The position numbers and the translations under genes were made by a program. The notes beneath the pieces were generated by a model. It made no database searches. It saw nothing but the letters and a program-made list of their open reading frames with translations, and had not been told where the DNA came from. Below are positions 37,441-47,365 of a stretch of DNA of 64,000 bases, one piece after another (positions within the stretch are counted from its first letter, which is position 1; every line of letters begins with the position of its first letter). Source of the DNA: a candidate division FCPU426 bacterium (lineage in GTDB: Bacteria; Oederibacteriota; PGYV01; Palsa-1178). The DNA lies in NCBI GenBank assembly GCA_963840035.1, contig CAWIXE010000002.1:1344001-1408000 (forward strand), written 5' to 3'.

Positions 37441-38174
37441 AGGAAGAACACTTCCCCTTTTATTACCTTAACCTTGCCTTTGCTGTTTTTTACCTTAACC
37501 GAACCGTTCTTTAAGACTTTATCAACGGTCAAAATGACTGTTTTTCCATTTTTATTCAGCTTGATTTCCCTGCCTTTTATATCACCCTGGCTTTTGACCC
37601 ACCTGGCGACCAAAACCCTCTTATTACCCGGCATCCCTTCCAGGTAGCCGTCTATCCTTTTTAACACCGCTATAAAGAACTTATCCATATCAACTGTGCG
37701 TTTGAGCAGTGTTTTCAGCGATACGGCTTTTATCGCGGAGTCTTTTGGGACTGTATTGTTGACGTTTATACCTATACCGGTTACAAGCGATGAATTGTAG
37801 TGGTCGTTTTCTATGAGCATTCCGCATATCTTTTTTCCGTCAACCAGGATATCGTTCGGCCATTTTACCGTTGCTTTGACCTTCATGGCCTTTAAAGCCT
37901 CGCATACGGCAACAGACGATAAAATGACATACTCATACGGCCTTTTCACTTTTTTATTTATCACAAACGAAAACCACAGGCCGCCTTTTCCCGAAACCCA
38001 CTTTGCCCCATGCTTGCCCCTTCCAGCTGTCTGTTCCGCGGCAACGGCGATGGTCCCTGAGGAAAAAGAGTTGGTTTTAAGGCAGGCGTTTGTGGAGTCA
38101 ATGTTATCAAAGAAAATAATGGAATTTAATACTTTATTTGATTTTACTGCCTGTTTTATGGCGGCTGTGTTCAT
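37437..38174 (-). CDS. birA: Biotin-[acetyl-CoA-carboxylase] ligase (no HTH)
   Basis: DSTN, AEQTAGRGK, KWPNDILV.GKKICGML, GIGINV. Confidence 0.95.
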   Translation of the reverse strand: MNTAAIKQAVKSNKVLNSIIFFDNIDSTNACLKTNSFSSGTIAVAAEQTAGRGKHGAKWVSGKGGLWFSFVINKKVKRPYEYVILSSVAVCEALKAMKVKATVKWPNDILVDGKKICGMLIENDHYNSSLVTGIGINVNNTVPKDSAIKAVSLKTLLKRTVDMDKFFIAVLKRIDGYLEGMPGNKRVLVARWVKSQGDIKGREIKLNKNGKTVILTVDKVLKNGSVKVKNSKGKVKVIKGEVFFL

Positions 38175-39025
38175 TTTGATAGCTGTAAGCTTATATCCAG
38201 CGCCTGCGGCGAGTGCGTGATGGATCCTATGGATATGTAATCAACGCGGCGCTTGGCGTATTCGACAATGTTGGACTCGTTTACCCCGCCTGATATCTCG
38301 GTCTTGGCCTTGCATCCGAAAGCTTTCATGCGGGCTATGGCTTTGTCAATCATTTCATAGCTGAAATTATCAAGCATGATAATATCCGGGTCGGCTTTCA
38401 TGGCTGTTTCGAGCATTTCCATGGAATGCACTTCAACTTCTATCTTCATCCCTTTGGGGATAAAGCGCCTGCAGTCAGACACGGCTTTCTGCAGGTCGAT
38501 AAAATCAAGGTGGTTGTCCTTTATAAGGACCATGTCATAAAGCCCCATCCTGTGGTTTGTGGCCCCGCCTGTTTTAACGGCGTATTTTTCTATCACGCGC
38601 AGCATGGGCGTGGTCTTCCTGGTGTCAAGCACGGTAACGCCGTATGGCTTTACAAGCGACTGGAACTTATCCGCTGAAGTCGCTATCCCGGACATTAACT
38701 GCAGCAGGTTTAAAGAAAGCCTCTCCCCCATCAAAATAGCGCGGGCTTTGCCTTTTATATTTGCTATTATCTCGCCTTTTTTTACCTTATCCCCGTCTTT
38801 TTTCTTCATCTTTATCTTTATGTCCTTATCCAGTTTCATAAAGACTTTTTTCATCAGCGGCAGGCCGCAGATAATACCGTCGTCCTTGGCCCTGAAAATG
38901 CCGTTTAAAATGGCGCTTTGGGGGATGACTATATCGGTTGTAACATCGCCCGCGCCGATGTCTTCGGCTAAGGCCATGTCTATGACGCGGTCTATGTACT
39001 TTTCGTTTTTCTTCAGCAGGTCCAT
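38171..39025 (-). CDS. nadC: Quinolinate phosphoribosyltransferase
   Basis: LAEDIG.GDVT, ER..LN, DTRKTTP, NHRMGL, KDNH, EVE, MLDN, SGG. Confidence 0.97.
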   Translation of the reverse strand: MDLLKKNEKYIDRVIDMALAEDIGAGDVTTDIVIPQSAILNGIFRAKDDGIICGLPLMKKVFMKLDKDIKIKMKKKDGDKVKKGEIIANIKGKARAILMGERLSLNLLQLMSGIATSADKFQSLVKPYGVTVLDTRKTTPMLRVIEKYAVKTGGATNHRMGLYDMVLIKDNHLDFIDLQKAVSDCRRFIPKGMKIEVEVHSMEMLETAMKADPDIIMLDNFSYEMIDKAIARMKAFGCKAKTEISGGVNESNIVEYAKRRVDYISIGSITHSPQALDISLQLSK

Positions 39026-39085
39026 TAGTGCTCCTTTTAATTTCTGATTTCTAATTTCTTATTTCCAATTAAAATCCCGCTTTGC

Positions 39086-39111
39086 GGGCGGCCACATGGG
39101 GCCGCCCCTAC
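39086..39111 (-). repeat. Solitary REP-like element of a different family
   Basis: GTAG-GGGCGGCC-CCATGT-GGCCGCCC. Confidence 0.7.
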
Positions 39112-39120
39112 AGGGGCTTG

Positions 39121-41775
39121 TTATTTTTTTAATTCCTCAATAAACGCCAACATTACTTTCTTTTCCGCTTCCAGCGTTTCCAGCTTTGCCTTCTCTTCAT
39201 CCACGGCCTTTTTCATGGCGTTGTTCACGAAGTTTGGGTTGTTCAGCTTGTTTGATGTGCTGGTTATGGCTTTGTCCATGTCTGCCACGCGTTTTTCCTT
39301 GGCTGCTATGACCTTTGCTTTATCCGTGATGGCAGACTTTTCTATACCTATTGTGCCTATTGCCGCGGCTCCCGCGCCTATTACTTCGCGGGTGATGAAG
39401 CCTGAACCGGCATTATCAAGTATGGTGTTTACCTTCGCCAGTGTTTTTATTATGTCCGTGTACTTTTTCACGGTTTCCTGCGATGCTTTCATGGACACAT
39501 AGGCGTCTACCTTTACAGCCGGCGAGAAATCAAGCTCTCCGCGGAGGTTCCTTATGGTATATATGAGTTTCATGAGAACATCCATGTCTTCCAGTTCTTT
39601 TTTGTCAAAGTTAAATTTCGTTATATATGCCGGCCACTGCTCAAGCATTATGGACTCTTTTTTGCCTGTTGCCGGGATGTTCTGGTAAACTTCCTCTGTT
39701 ATGAAAGGTATATACGGGTGCATTACCACCATGGAATCTTTCAATACCTTCAAGAGGACATTTTTAACTATGTTCTTATACTCTTCATTTCCTTCTTTGG
39801 TAAGCTCTATCTTTGATATTTCTATGTACCAGTCGCAGAAGGAATGCCAGAAAAAGTCATATACAGCCAGCGCAGTATCAGAGAACTTATACCTTTCAAT
39901 GCCTTCGTCTATGTTCTTTATCAGCTCATTTGAGGCCGCCAGTATCCAGCGCTCCGGCAGTTTCAGCTTGTCAATGTTCTTTTCAAGGTCTATTTCCGTC
40001 ATGCCTGCCAGGTTCGATATTGTATATTTAGACGCGTTGAATATCTTGTTCATGAATCCGGCATATCCCTTGGCGCGCTCTTCCGAGAAAGCTATATGCC
40101 TGGACTGGGTCTCAAGGGACGCCATGGTAAACCTTAACGCGTCAGCCGAGTACTTGGTCATCAAATCAAGCGGGTCAACAACATTACCCTTTGATTTTGA
40201 CATCTTCTTGCCTTCAGAGTCAGTAACAAGCGAGTTAATTACCACATGTGAAAACGGCACTTTTCCCATGAACTTCATGCCCATCATTATCATCCTTGCC
40301 ACCCAGAAGAACAATATGTCCCAGCTGGTGACAAGCACCGATGTAGGATAGAACGCTTCCAAATCCTTTGTCTTCTCAGGCCAGCCCAGCGTTGAAAAGG
40401 GCCATAAGCCTGACGAGAACCACGTATCAAGGACGTCATTATCCTGATGTATTTTTGTGCTGTTGCATTTTTCGCATTTGGCCGGCGTTTCTTTTGACAC
40501 GGTTATATGCTTGCAGTCGTCGCAGTACCATGCCGGTATCCTGTGTCCCCACCATAGCTGCCTTGATATGCACCAGTCTTTTATGTTATGCATCCATTCG
40601 AAATATACTTTTTTCCACATTTCAGGGACAAACTGCACTTCCCCGCTTTCCACAACCTTGATAGCCTCTTGGGCCATGGGTTTTATCTTCACATACCACT
40701 GGGTTGAAATAAAAGGCTCAACTACGGTATCACACCTGTAGCAGTGTCCGACAGCATGCTTGTGGTCGTCTATTTTAACCAGATAACCCTGCTCTTTTAA
40801 TGTCTCAACCAGTTTCTTCCTTGCTTCAAAACGGTCCATGCCTGCGTACTTGCCGTTTTCCCCGGCTTTTTCATTCATCTTGCCGTGCTCTGTCATGACA
40901 TTGATGACAGGCAGTTTGTGGCGCGCGCCCACTTCAAAGTCATTCGGGTCATGGGCCGGAGTTATCTTTACAGCGCCTGTCCCGAATTCCTTATCCACAT
41001 ACGAATCCTTTATGATAGGTATCTGCCTTCCTGTTTCAGGAAGGATTACCATTGTTCCTTCTTTTACATCCTTATAACGCGGGTCCTCTGGATTTACAGC
41101 TACCGCAGTATCGCCAAGCATGGTCTCAGGCCTGGTTGTAGCCACTTCAATATAGCCTGAGCCATCGGCGTAAGGGTATTTGATATGATAAAAATGTCCG
41201 GCAATGTCTTTATGCTGCACTTCAATGTCTGAAATGGCAGTTAAGCAGCGCGGGCACCAGTTGACGATATAATCGCCCCTGTATATAAGGTTCTCCTTAT
41301 AAAGGCGGACAAATACTTCCTTAACAGCTTCTGATAACCCTTCATCCATGGTAAAACGTTCCCTGGACCAGTCGCAGGATGAGCCAAGTTTGCGCAGCTG
41401 CATCATAATGGTCTTTCCGTACTTATCTTTCCACTCCCAGACGCGCTTTAAAAACTCCTCGCGGCCGATATCAGCCTTTTTCTTCCCCTCTTTCTTAAGT
41501 TCCCGCTCCACAACGTTCTGCGTGGCAATGCCGGCGTGGTCGCATCCCGGAAGCCAGAGCACGTTAAACCCCTTGGCGCGCTTATGGCGTGATAATATGT
41601 CCTGCAATGTGTTATTTAATGCATGCCCCATATGCAAAGACCCCGTGACATTCGGCGGGGGTATGACTATGGTAAAAGGAGGCTTTTTCGATGTGTTATC
41701 AGCTTTAAAATACCCTTTTTCAGACCAAAAAGAGTACCATTTGTCTTCTATCTCTGCGGGTATGTATTTATCCAA
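39121..41775 (-). CDS. valS: Valine-tRNA ligase
   Basis: PPPNVTGSLHMGH, DHAGIATQ, DWCISRQLWWGH, DTWFSS, KMSKS. Confidence 0.98.
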   Translation of the reverse strand: MDKYIPAEIEDKWYSFWSEKGYFKADNTSKKPPFTIVIPPPNVTGSLHMGHALNNTLQDILSRHKRAKGFNVLWLPGCDHAGIATQNVVERELKKEGKKKADIGREEFLKRVWEWKDKYGKTIMMQLRKLGSSCDWSRERFTMDEGLSEAVKEVFVRLYKENLIYRGDYIVNWCPRCLTAISDIEVQHKDIAGHFYHIKYPYADGSGYIEVATTRPETMLGDTAVAVNPEDPRYKDVKEGTMVILPETGRQIPIIKDSYVDKEFGTGAVKITPAHDPNDFEVGARHKLPVINVMTEHGKMNEKAGENGKYAGMDRFEARKKLVETLKEQGYLVKIDDHKHAVGHCYRCDTVVEPFISTQWYVKIKPMAQEAIKVVESGEVQFVPEMWKKVYFEWMHNIKDWCISRQLWWGHRIPAWYCDDCKHITVSKETPAKCEKCNSTKIHQDNDVLDTWFSSGLWPFSTLGWPEKTKDLEAFYPTSVLVTSWDILFFWVARMIMMGMKFMGKVPFSHVVINSLVTDSEGKKMSKSKGNVVDPLDLMTKYSADALRFTMASLETQSRHIAFSEERAKGYAGFMNKIFNASKYTISNLAGMTEIDLEKNIDKLKLPERWILAASNELIKNIDEGIERYKFSDTALAVYDFFWHSFCDWYIEISKIELTKEGNEEYKNIVKNVLLKVLKDSMVVMHPYIPFITEEVYQNIPATGKKESIMLEQWPAYITKFNFDKKELEDMDVLMKLIYTIRNLRGELDFSPAVKVDAYVSMKASQETVKKYTDIIKTLAKVNTILDNAGSGFITREVIGAGAAAIGTIGIEKSAITDKAKVIAAKEKRVADMDKAITSTSNKLNNPNFVNNAMKKAVDEEKAKLETLEAEKKVMLAFIEELKK

Positions 41776-41818
41776 TTTCTTCCTCCAGTGAATTCATATG
41801 ATGCGATAATTGGCTATT

Positions 41819-41847
41819 AATTTAACACTTTTGGGGGTGTTTGTCAA
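41819..41847 (-). promoter_or_regulatory. sigma70 promoter of valS
   Basis: TTGACA-17 nt-TAAATT. Confidence 0.55.
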
Positions 41848-41902
41848 ATAAAGACGAATTTTCAATTTGGAATTTTCAATTTTCAATTAAACTCAAGGTT
41901 TT

Positions 41903-42051
41903 GTAGAGAGGGGGCTTGCCCCCTCTCAAACGTTGGTTTTATAGTTGTAGTCGCAGGCCTGCGTTTCATCGGCCTGCGCCTATTTCAGGATTGCCGTCTA
42001 ATCACCGGCTTGATTAAACAACATATCGCAGCCTGAAGGCTGCGGGGCTAC
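41903..42051. repeat. Cluster of three dissimilar GTAG-hairpin (REP-like) elements
   Basis: GTAGAGAGGGGGCTTGCCCCCTCTC (41903, +); GTAGTCGCAGGCC..GGCCTGCG (41947, +); GTAGCCCCGCAGCCTTCAGGCTGCG (42051, -). Confidence 0.65.
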
Positions 42052-42065
42052 CGGCGTTTTAACCG

Positions 42066-44183
42066 TCAATCGCCAATTGTCAATCTGCCGTTTAACACCT
42101 TTATCTCCCCGAATTTCAACTTTACCGGAGAATTTGATTTATTTAATAACGGATTATAGTCCTTAAGCAGAAAGTTCACAAACCCTGCTGGCACTGGGAT
42201 TCCATAAACTTTCAGTTTTACAAACTTAAAAATTATGTCCGATCTATCCGTCCCAGGCGCCGGATTGAAAAGCGATAAGGACGCAACAACCGGGACTTTT
42301 GAATATACACCCGAAATATTTATTAGCCCTTTGTCAAACGCCACTTCCAGTCTGTCCAGTTTTTTCGCGTAAAGCTGTATAAAGTTCTTCAGGTCAGCCG
42401 CGTCTACTTCAAGCGACTTTATCTCAACACTTCCCAGCGACAGCATCTTTAGTTTGCCCTGTTTTAAGGCTGTCGGCTCAGGCAGCAGGTCCCTTACTAT
42501 TATGTCAGCGTTTTTAATCAGCAATCCCTTGTCCTTATGCTTAAAATCGCCTGCAAACCCCTCTTCAAAACCTACCTTCAGGCTGCTCACAGTGGCATTG
42601 TCAAAGGCCACATTAAATCTGAATTTCTTCAGATCCTTTAAATATTGCGACATAAGCTCAATTATCCTGCCGTTAAGGGAATCCCTGTAACCCGGGCCTG
42701 TTTCTATGGCGTCTTTTCTTTTGAAGAGCATGCCCGTTGACTTATCCGGCAGCCGCACTTCGTATACTTTCTCAAATATCTTTGAGAGGCCGCTTTTGGG
42801 GTCCTGCGCCTCGGCAAGTATCTGCCTTCTTTTATCCGCACCCGAGAATTCAGGGCCCACATCACCTGTTTTTACCAGAAAATAGTCCGTGAACATGGGG
42901 AAATTAAATATCCCGGTTAGTTTTAACTCCGGGTAAAAAGCCTGCATGTGGAAGTTATATGAAGGGTTATTCATATACGGGCTGTCAGGCACCACGGCAA
43001 GCGTGCTTCCGGGCTTTACGCGCGAGAGGAAATCCTTTATGTGCCAGTCAGCCGATGACGGCCTGCAGTTTTCAGGAATGTTAAACGGCATAATATAGTT
43101 TGCGGAAACGTAAATAACCACGCCTGACGCGACTATAAAGGAAGCCAGCGCGGTTTTAAGGAACCGGTTTGACTTAAGCGCGTAAACCGCGTATGACGCG
43201 ATAACAGCCGCGGCAGGCATCAGCGGCATTATGTACCTGTCTTTTTTATTATGAAGCAGGGTAAAAAATATAAGCGGTATTATGAAAACAAGCAGGAGCT
43301 TTCTTTTTCCTTTTTCAGCGATGAGCAGCGCTGCCCCAGCGATAAACACTGCGCAAAACATCCATGTCAGTTCAACAGGCAGCAGCTGTATGTAATAAAT
43401 GAGCCCCTGCGGGGTAAATATGCCCGGTAAATTTTCCGTTACCCCCCTGTTAAAGGAGTACTTGAGTAATTTCATCACAATGGAGAAACTGTTATAAATA
43501 TACCATGGCGCCGCTATGACAAGTGCCGCTGCCATGGAAAGCAGCATATTTTTTTTGCTTCCCGCAGCTTTTTCCCCGGCAGCTTCCGCAACCGTAATTA
43601 TCAGCGGCGCGGCAAAGTATATGACAAATGTCCATTTTACCAATAAAGCCATTCCCGCCGTTATTCCGAGCGCGATTATCCAGGGTTTTTTGGTAAAACG
43701 CTGTGTCCTCTCAAGCATATATAGCGACGCTATAAAGAAGGCCGTAATGGGAACGTCGAGCATAAAATAATGCGCTTCCCTGAATACAATGGGGCACGCA
43801 GTCACTATTACGGCTGCTGCGCAGGCGGAAATGTCGTCAAAGTATAACCTGGCATAAAGGAATGTAAATATGATAATTGCGGCTGTAAACAGGGCCATTA
43901 TCATGGTAAAACCGTCCTCAGAGGGATTGATCAGTCCGAAAAAAGCGCCGAGAAACGGGATAAGGGGCGGGTAAAACGCCTCCTGTTTTATAAAAGCGGA
44001 CATAGCTGCCAGGGGCGATATTTTCATAGCCTGCGAAAAATTAAGGCTGGATGTTAAGTGGATGGATTCATCCCAGCGCTGCGGTGTGGAATCCGCGCCG
44101 AGCCAGTAAAACTGGGTAAAAACAACTGAAACTACAAGGATCGAAAGGAAAGCAAAACGGATATAACCCGGCTTTAAGGTCAA
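42066..44183 (-). CDS. ArnT/PMT-like (GT-C, family 39/83) membrane glycosyltransferase with long C-terminal soluble region
   Basis: WDES.H, YPPL, LDVP, LVKW, APWY, NKKDRYIMP; about 12 TM helices. Confidence 0.8.
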   Translation of the reverse strand: MTLKPGYIRFAFLSILVVSVVFTQFYWLGADSTPQRWDESIHLTSSLNFSQAMKISPLAAMSAFIKQEAFYPPLIPFLGAFFGLINPSEDGFTMIMALFTAAIIIFTFLYARLYFDDISACAAAVIVTACPIVFREAHYFMLDVPITAFFIASLYMLERTQRFTKKPWIIALGITAGMALLVKWTFVIYFAAPLIITVAEAAGEKAAGSKKNMLLSMAAALVIAAPWYIYNSFSIVMKLLKYSFNRGVTENLPGIFTPQGLIYYIQLLPVELTWMFCAVFIAGAALLIAEKGKRKLLLVFIIPLIFFTLLHNKKDRYIMPLMPAAAVIASYAVYALKSNRFLKTALASFIVASGVVIYVSANYIMPFNIPENCRPSSADWHIKDFLSRVKPGSTLAVVPDSPYMNNPSYNFHMQAFYPELKLTGIFNFPMFTDYFLVKTGDVGPEFSGADKRRQILAEAQDPKSGLSKIFEKVYEVRLPDKSTGMLFKRKDAIETGPGYRDSLNGRIIELMSQYLKDLKKFRFNVAFDNATVSSLKVGFEEGFAGDFKHKDKGLLIKNADIIVRDLLPEPTALKQGKLKMLSLGSVEIKSLEVDAADLKNFIQLYAKKLDRLEVAFDKGLINISGVYSKVPVVASLSLFNPAPGTDRSDIIFKFVKLKVYGIPVPAGFVNFLLKDYNPLLNKSNSPVKLKFGEIKVLNGRLTIGD

Positions 44184-44818
44184 ATCTTAATGTCCTTAAA
44201 ATCAGTGTCTGATTTCAAAACCTCATTTATGGAAATATGCCCGGAAACGGTTTCCCGCTCCTCGCCGTTTATCAGCAGCTTAATTCCCTTTATTGTCTTG
44301 AAGTTATAGAAAACCGTATCAAGGAGCGAATAGACTGCCCTGTATTCAGCCGTGGTCCCGCCCGGCGCTTTTTCCGAAAATTCCCCGGACATGTCGATAT
44401 ACAGGATGTTATTTGGGTCCAGGTAAGCTTCCCTTAACTGCGAGCCTTCCGGCAGCAGGCTTACCCTGCCTTCCTCAAGCGGGCCCTGGCACAGGAGTAT
44501 GATGCACTGCTTTATCTGGTTTATTTCCTGCGCGGAAGCGAATATCCCGCGTTTTTCAGACCTGAAAGCTTCAGAGTCGGAAGCGCCGTAAAATATCACA
44601 ACCTGCTTTTTTGCGTCGGTATCATTGTAAAGCTTATACGCGGCCATCAGCGACTCAACCGTGCGCGGCTTGGGCTGAAAGAGCTTGAGTTCCGCCATGA
44701 TAAAATAAAGGCCTGCCGCCACCGCGACCGCCGCGAGCGTGTATATGTAAACGGACCTGGCGCCTGTTTTTTTCTCAGGAGTTTTTTTCACGAATTGATT
44801 TGCTTTTTTATCAGCCAC
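44180..44818 (-). CDS. GerMN domain protein
   Basis: Single TM, L..GP...LLPEGSQL, YIDMS, GGTTAE..AVYSL, LLING...T.SGHI. Confidence 0.85.
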   Translation of the reverse strand: MADKKANQFVKKTPEKKTGARSVYIYTLAAVAVAAGLYFIMAELKLFQPKPRTVESLMAAYKLYNDTDAKKQVVIFYGASDSEAFRSEKRGIFASAQEINQIKQCIILLCQGPLEEGRVSLLPEGSQLREAYLDPNNILYIDMSGEFSEKAPGGTTAEYRAVYSLLDTVFYNFKTIKGIKLLINGEERETVSGHISINEVLKSDTDFKDIKI

Positions 44819-44819
44819 G

Positions 44820-45602
44820 TTACTGAGCCCCGCCTTTTCCTTTTATAAAATGCGATATGCCTTCCACCATGTGATAGGCTATTTTTCCAAGCATCCTGTC
44901 GTCCTTTAAGTAACCGAAATCATTTGAGTTATTAAGGTTGCCGAGCTCGACTGCAACCGCAGGCATATCCGCCCCCATGAGCGAATAATGGTTTACCGGG
45001 CCGCCTTTGCGCTCTGCCATTGGCACCGTATCATTCGCCTCGCCGCCGTCAGCAGACGCCTTTTCGGCGATAAGCGGGGCCAGCATGTACTGGGATATGA
45101 ATCCCGCGAGTTTTATGGAATCCGCTATATGGTAAAGCTGCACATCTTCCCAGTTAATTACCGCGGTTTCCTGCCTTTTGCCGTAGATATTGTCCCCTGA
45201 AGGATAATACACGGCAAAACCTTCGGCTTCCTGCGCTACAACGTAATCACAATGAACCGATATGTACAGGGATGATTTTTTTGAATTTGCGGAACCAACG
45301 CGCTCTGCGGGAGTAATAAAATTATCCCCATCGCGCGTTAAAAAGACTTTCACATCCGGGTAAACTTTTTCCATCTTCTGTTTAATAAGTTTCGCGACTT
45401 TTAAGGTAATTTCCTTTTCAGTCACGCCGTGGTAGTTTACTCCCCAGTCGCCGCCGCCATGGGCAGGATCAATGGTTATGATTATGCCCGTGTTGGTTGC
45501 CAGGTCCACGACAGGCGGGAGCCCGCCGCCTGTGGCTGCCGCGAAACAAACCGGAGCCAGGAATATTGCAAGGACTGCCAAAAAGAGTATTTTCTTATGC
45601 AT
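44820..45602 (-). CDS. N-acetylmuramoyl-L-alanine amidase (Amidase_3)
   Basis: IDPAHGG, EKEITL, LTRDGD, YISVH, MPAVAVELG; signal peptide from MHKKIL (45602). Confidence 0.88.
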   Translation of the reverse strand: MHKKILFLAVLAIFLAPVCFAAATGGGLPPVVDLATNTGIIITIDPAHGGGDWGVNYHGVTEKEITLKVAKLIKQKMEKVYPDVKVFLTRDGDNFITPAERVGSANSKKSSLYISVHCDYVVAQEAEGFAVYYPSGDNIYGKRQETAVINWEDVQLYHIADSIKLAGFISQYMLAPLIAEKASADGGEANDTVPMAERKGGPVNHYSLMGADMPAVAVELGNLNNSNDFGYLKDDRMLGKIAYHMVEGISHFIKGKGGAQ

Positions 45603-46593
45603 TTGCGTTTTCTTCTCCGGACGCCCCTGCGGTTGTAAATATGCCCATATTCCTGAACTTTTCATAGCGCCCGTTGAGCAGTTCGGCGACCGGCAGTTTC
45701 ATGAGTTGATTTAAATTTCTGATAAGCGCCTCTTTTAAGTTCTTAGCGGCAAACTCAGGGTCCCGGTGCGCGCCGTCTATGGGTTCTTCTATAATCTCGT
45801 CTATAACTTTCAGCTCAAGCAGGTCCTTGGCAGTGGGTTTTAACACCTTAGCCGCCTCTGAAGCCTTTGTTGAGTCTTTCCACAGTATAGATGCGCAGCC
45901 TTCAAATGATATGACGCTGTATGTGGCATATTTCATCATAAGAACCCTGTCTCCCACTCCGATACCTAAAGCGCCGCCGCTTCCGCCTTCGCCTATGACG
46001 CTTACCACTATGGGCACCTTAAGCCTGGACATTTCCAAAAGATTCCTGGCGATTGCCTCGGCTACGCCGCGCTCCTCGCCTTCCAGGCCCGGATAAGCGC
46101 CGTTAGTGTCTATGAATGTAACAACCGGAATATTGAATTTTTCCGCGAACTTCATGAGCCTCAATGCTTTTCTATATCCTTCCGGAAGGCCGCAGCCAAA
46201 ACGCCGGAGCAGATTTTCCTTTGTATCTTTGCCCTTCTGCAGGCCTATTATCATTACCGGCATGCCGTCAAGCTTTGCCATGCCGCCTATCATTGCCTTG
46301 TCGTCGCCGAAAGAACGGTCGCCGTGCATTTCCTTAAAATCAGTGAACATCATGGAAACAAAATCCAGCGTCTTCGGCCTTTTCTGGTGCCTCATAATCT
46401 GGACAACCTGCCAGGTGGTCAGGTTCTTATATATCTCGTCTTTCAGCTTCTTTACCTTGTCCTCGAGCGGTTTTATCTCGGTATCCACGCTCATGTTCTT
46501 TTCCTTGGCCGAATGCTTTATGTGTTCTATCTGTTTTTTAAGCTCATAAATTGGCTTTTCAAATTCAAGTACCTGATAGTGCTCGTCTGCCAT
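45595..46593 (-). CDS. accA: Acetyl-CoA carboxylase carboxyltransferase alpha subunit
   Basis: HGDR.FGDD, PEGYRKALRLM, IDT.GAYPG, GEGGSGGAL. Confidence 0.97.
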   Translation of the reverse strand: MADEHYQVLEFEKPIYELKKQIEHIKHSAKEKNMSVDTEIKPLEDKVKKLKDEIYKNLTTWQVVQIMRHQKRPKTLDFVSMMFTDFKEMHGDRSFGDDKAMIGGMAKLDGMPVMIIGLQKGKDTKENLLRRFGCGLPEGYRKALRLMKFAEKFNIPVVTFIDTNGAYPGLEGEERGVAEAIARNLLEMSRLKVPIVVSVIGEGGSGGALGIGVGDRVLMMKYATYSVISFEGCASILWKDSTKASEAAKVLKPTAKDLLELKVIDEIIEEPIDGAHRDPEFAAKNLKEALIRNLNQLMKLPVAELLNGRYEKFRNMGIFTTAGASGEENANA

Positions 46594-46616
46594 TTTTTAT
46601 ATTCTCCTTTATTTCT

Positions 46617-47303
46617 TTAGAAATATGCTACGTAAACGATCTTAAGTATCCTGGAAAAATAGAGCTCATTATTCCACAACCCGAAATTCATTCCTACATC
46701 TATCTCGATGGGGTCAAAGAAATACCCTATCACGGCGTTCGCGTTCCTGTGGTCGCCTGCCCCGAAAACCCCGTCAAACTCCGCGCCTATGACAAATTCC
46801 TTTGTAATGGCGAATTCAATTCCCGCGCCCACATCAATGTCCTGGCCAAACTGCCTGAACTGATTATTATTATAGACCGTACCGGTCAGCTGGGCAAAAA
46901 TCGGGCCCAGGGCTATTTCTTTTGTAATGGCAACAAATACCCCTTTTGCCGGGGCCTTGTAGTAACCTTCGCCTTCGTAGCCTATTGAAATCGCCGGAAT
47001 CGCGCCGTCATCATCAGTCAGCCTTACCTTACCCAGAAACCACGGTATGTTGAGCGAAATATTTCCGTGTCCGATAATATTGTCGACGCGTTCGGCTCCG
47101 CCTATCATAAGCCTGTCAAATATGCCCACATAAATCCTGCTTAATATGCCGCCACCTGGATAGAACTTAAAGTCTCCCCTGAGCTCACCCTTCATAAGGG
47201 TATTCGCTGTAGGAACATCGAGTATTTCGGTATTCCTGGCCTGACTGCCCATAAGGAAACACGCAGCCAGCATAAATAATATGGCTAAAACAGCTCTTTT
47301 CAT
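46617..47303 (-). CDS. Exported hypothetical protein, probable outer-membrane beta-barrel (YjbH-like)
   Basis: Signal peptide, ILDVPTANTL, amphipathic strands, C-terminal Phe. Confidence 0.55.
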   Translation of the reverse strand: MKRAVLAILFMLAACFLMGSQARNTEILDVPTANTLMKGELRGDFKFYPGGGILSRIYVGIFDRLMIGGAERVDNIIGHGNISLNIPWFLGKVRLTDDDGAIPAISIGYEGEGYYKAPAKGVFVAITKEIALGPIFAQLTGTVYNNNQFRQFGQDIDVGAGIEFAITKEFVIGAEFDGVFGAGDHRNANAVIGYFFDPIEIDVGMNFGLWNNELYFSRILKIVYVAYF

Positions 47304-47365
47304 GGTTCCTCCTGTTTAATATAACCTCTATAATATATAATATTTTTACGGGTTTGTAAAACGTT

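Noticed and set aside
37100..37647. Repetitive ORFs (LADSAGALSLQ...)
   Set aside because: Translations of the REP array.
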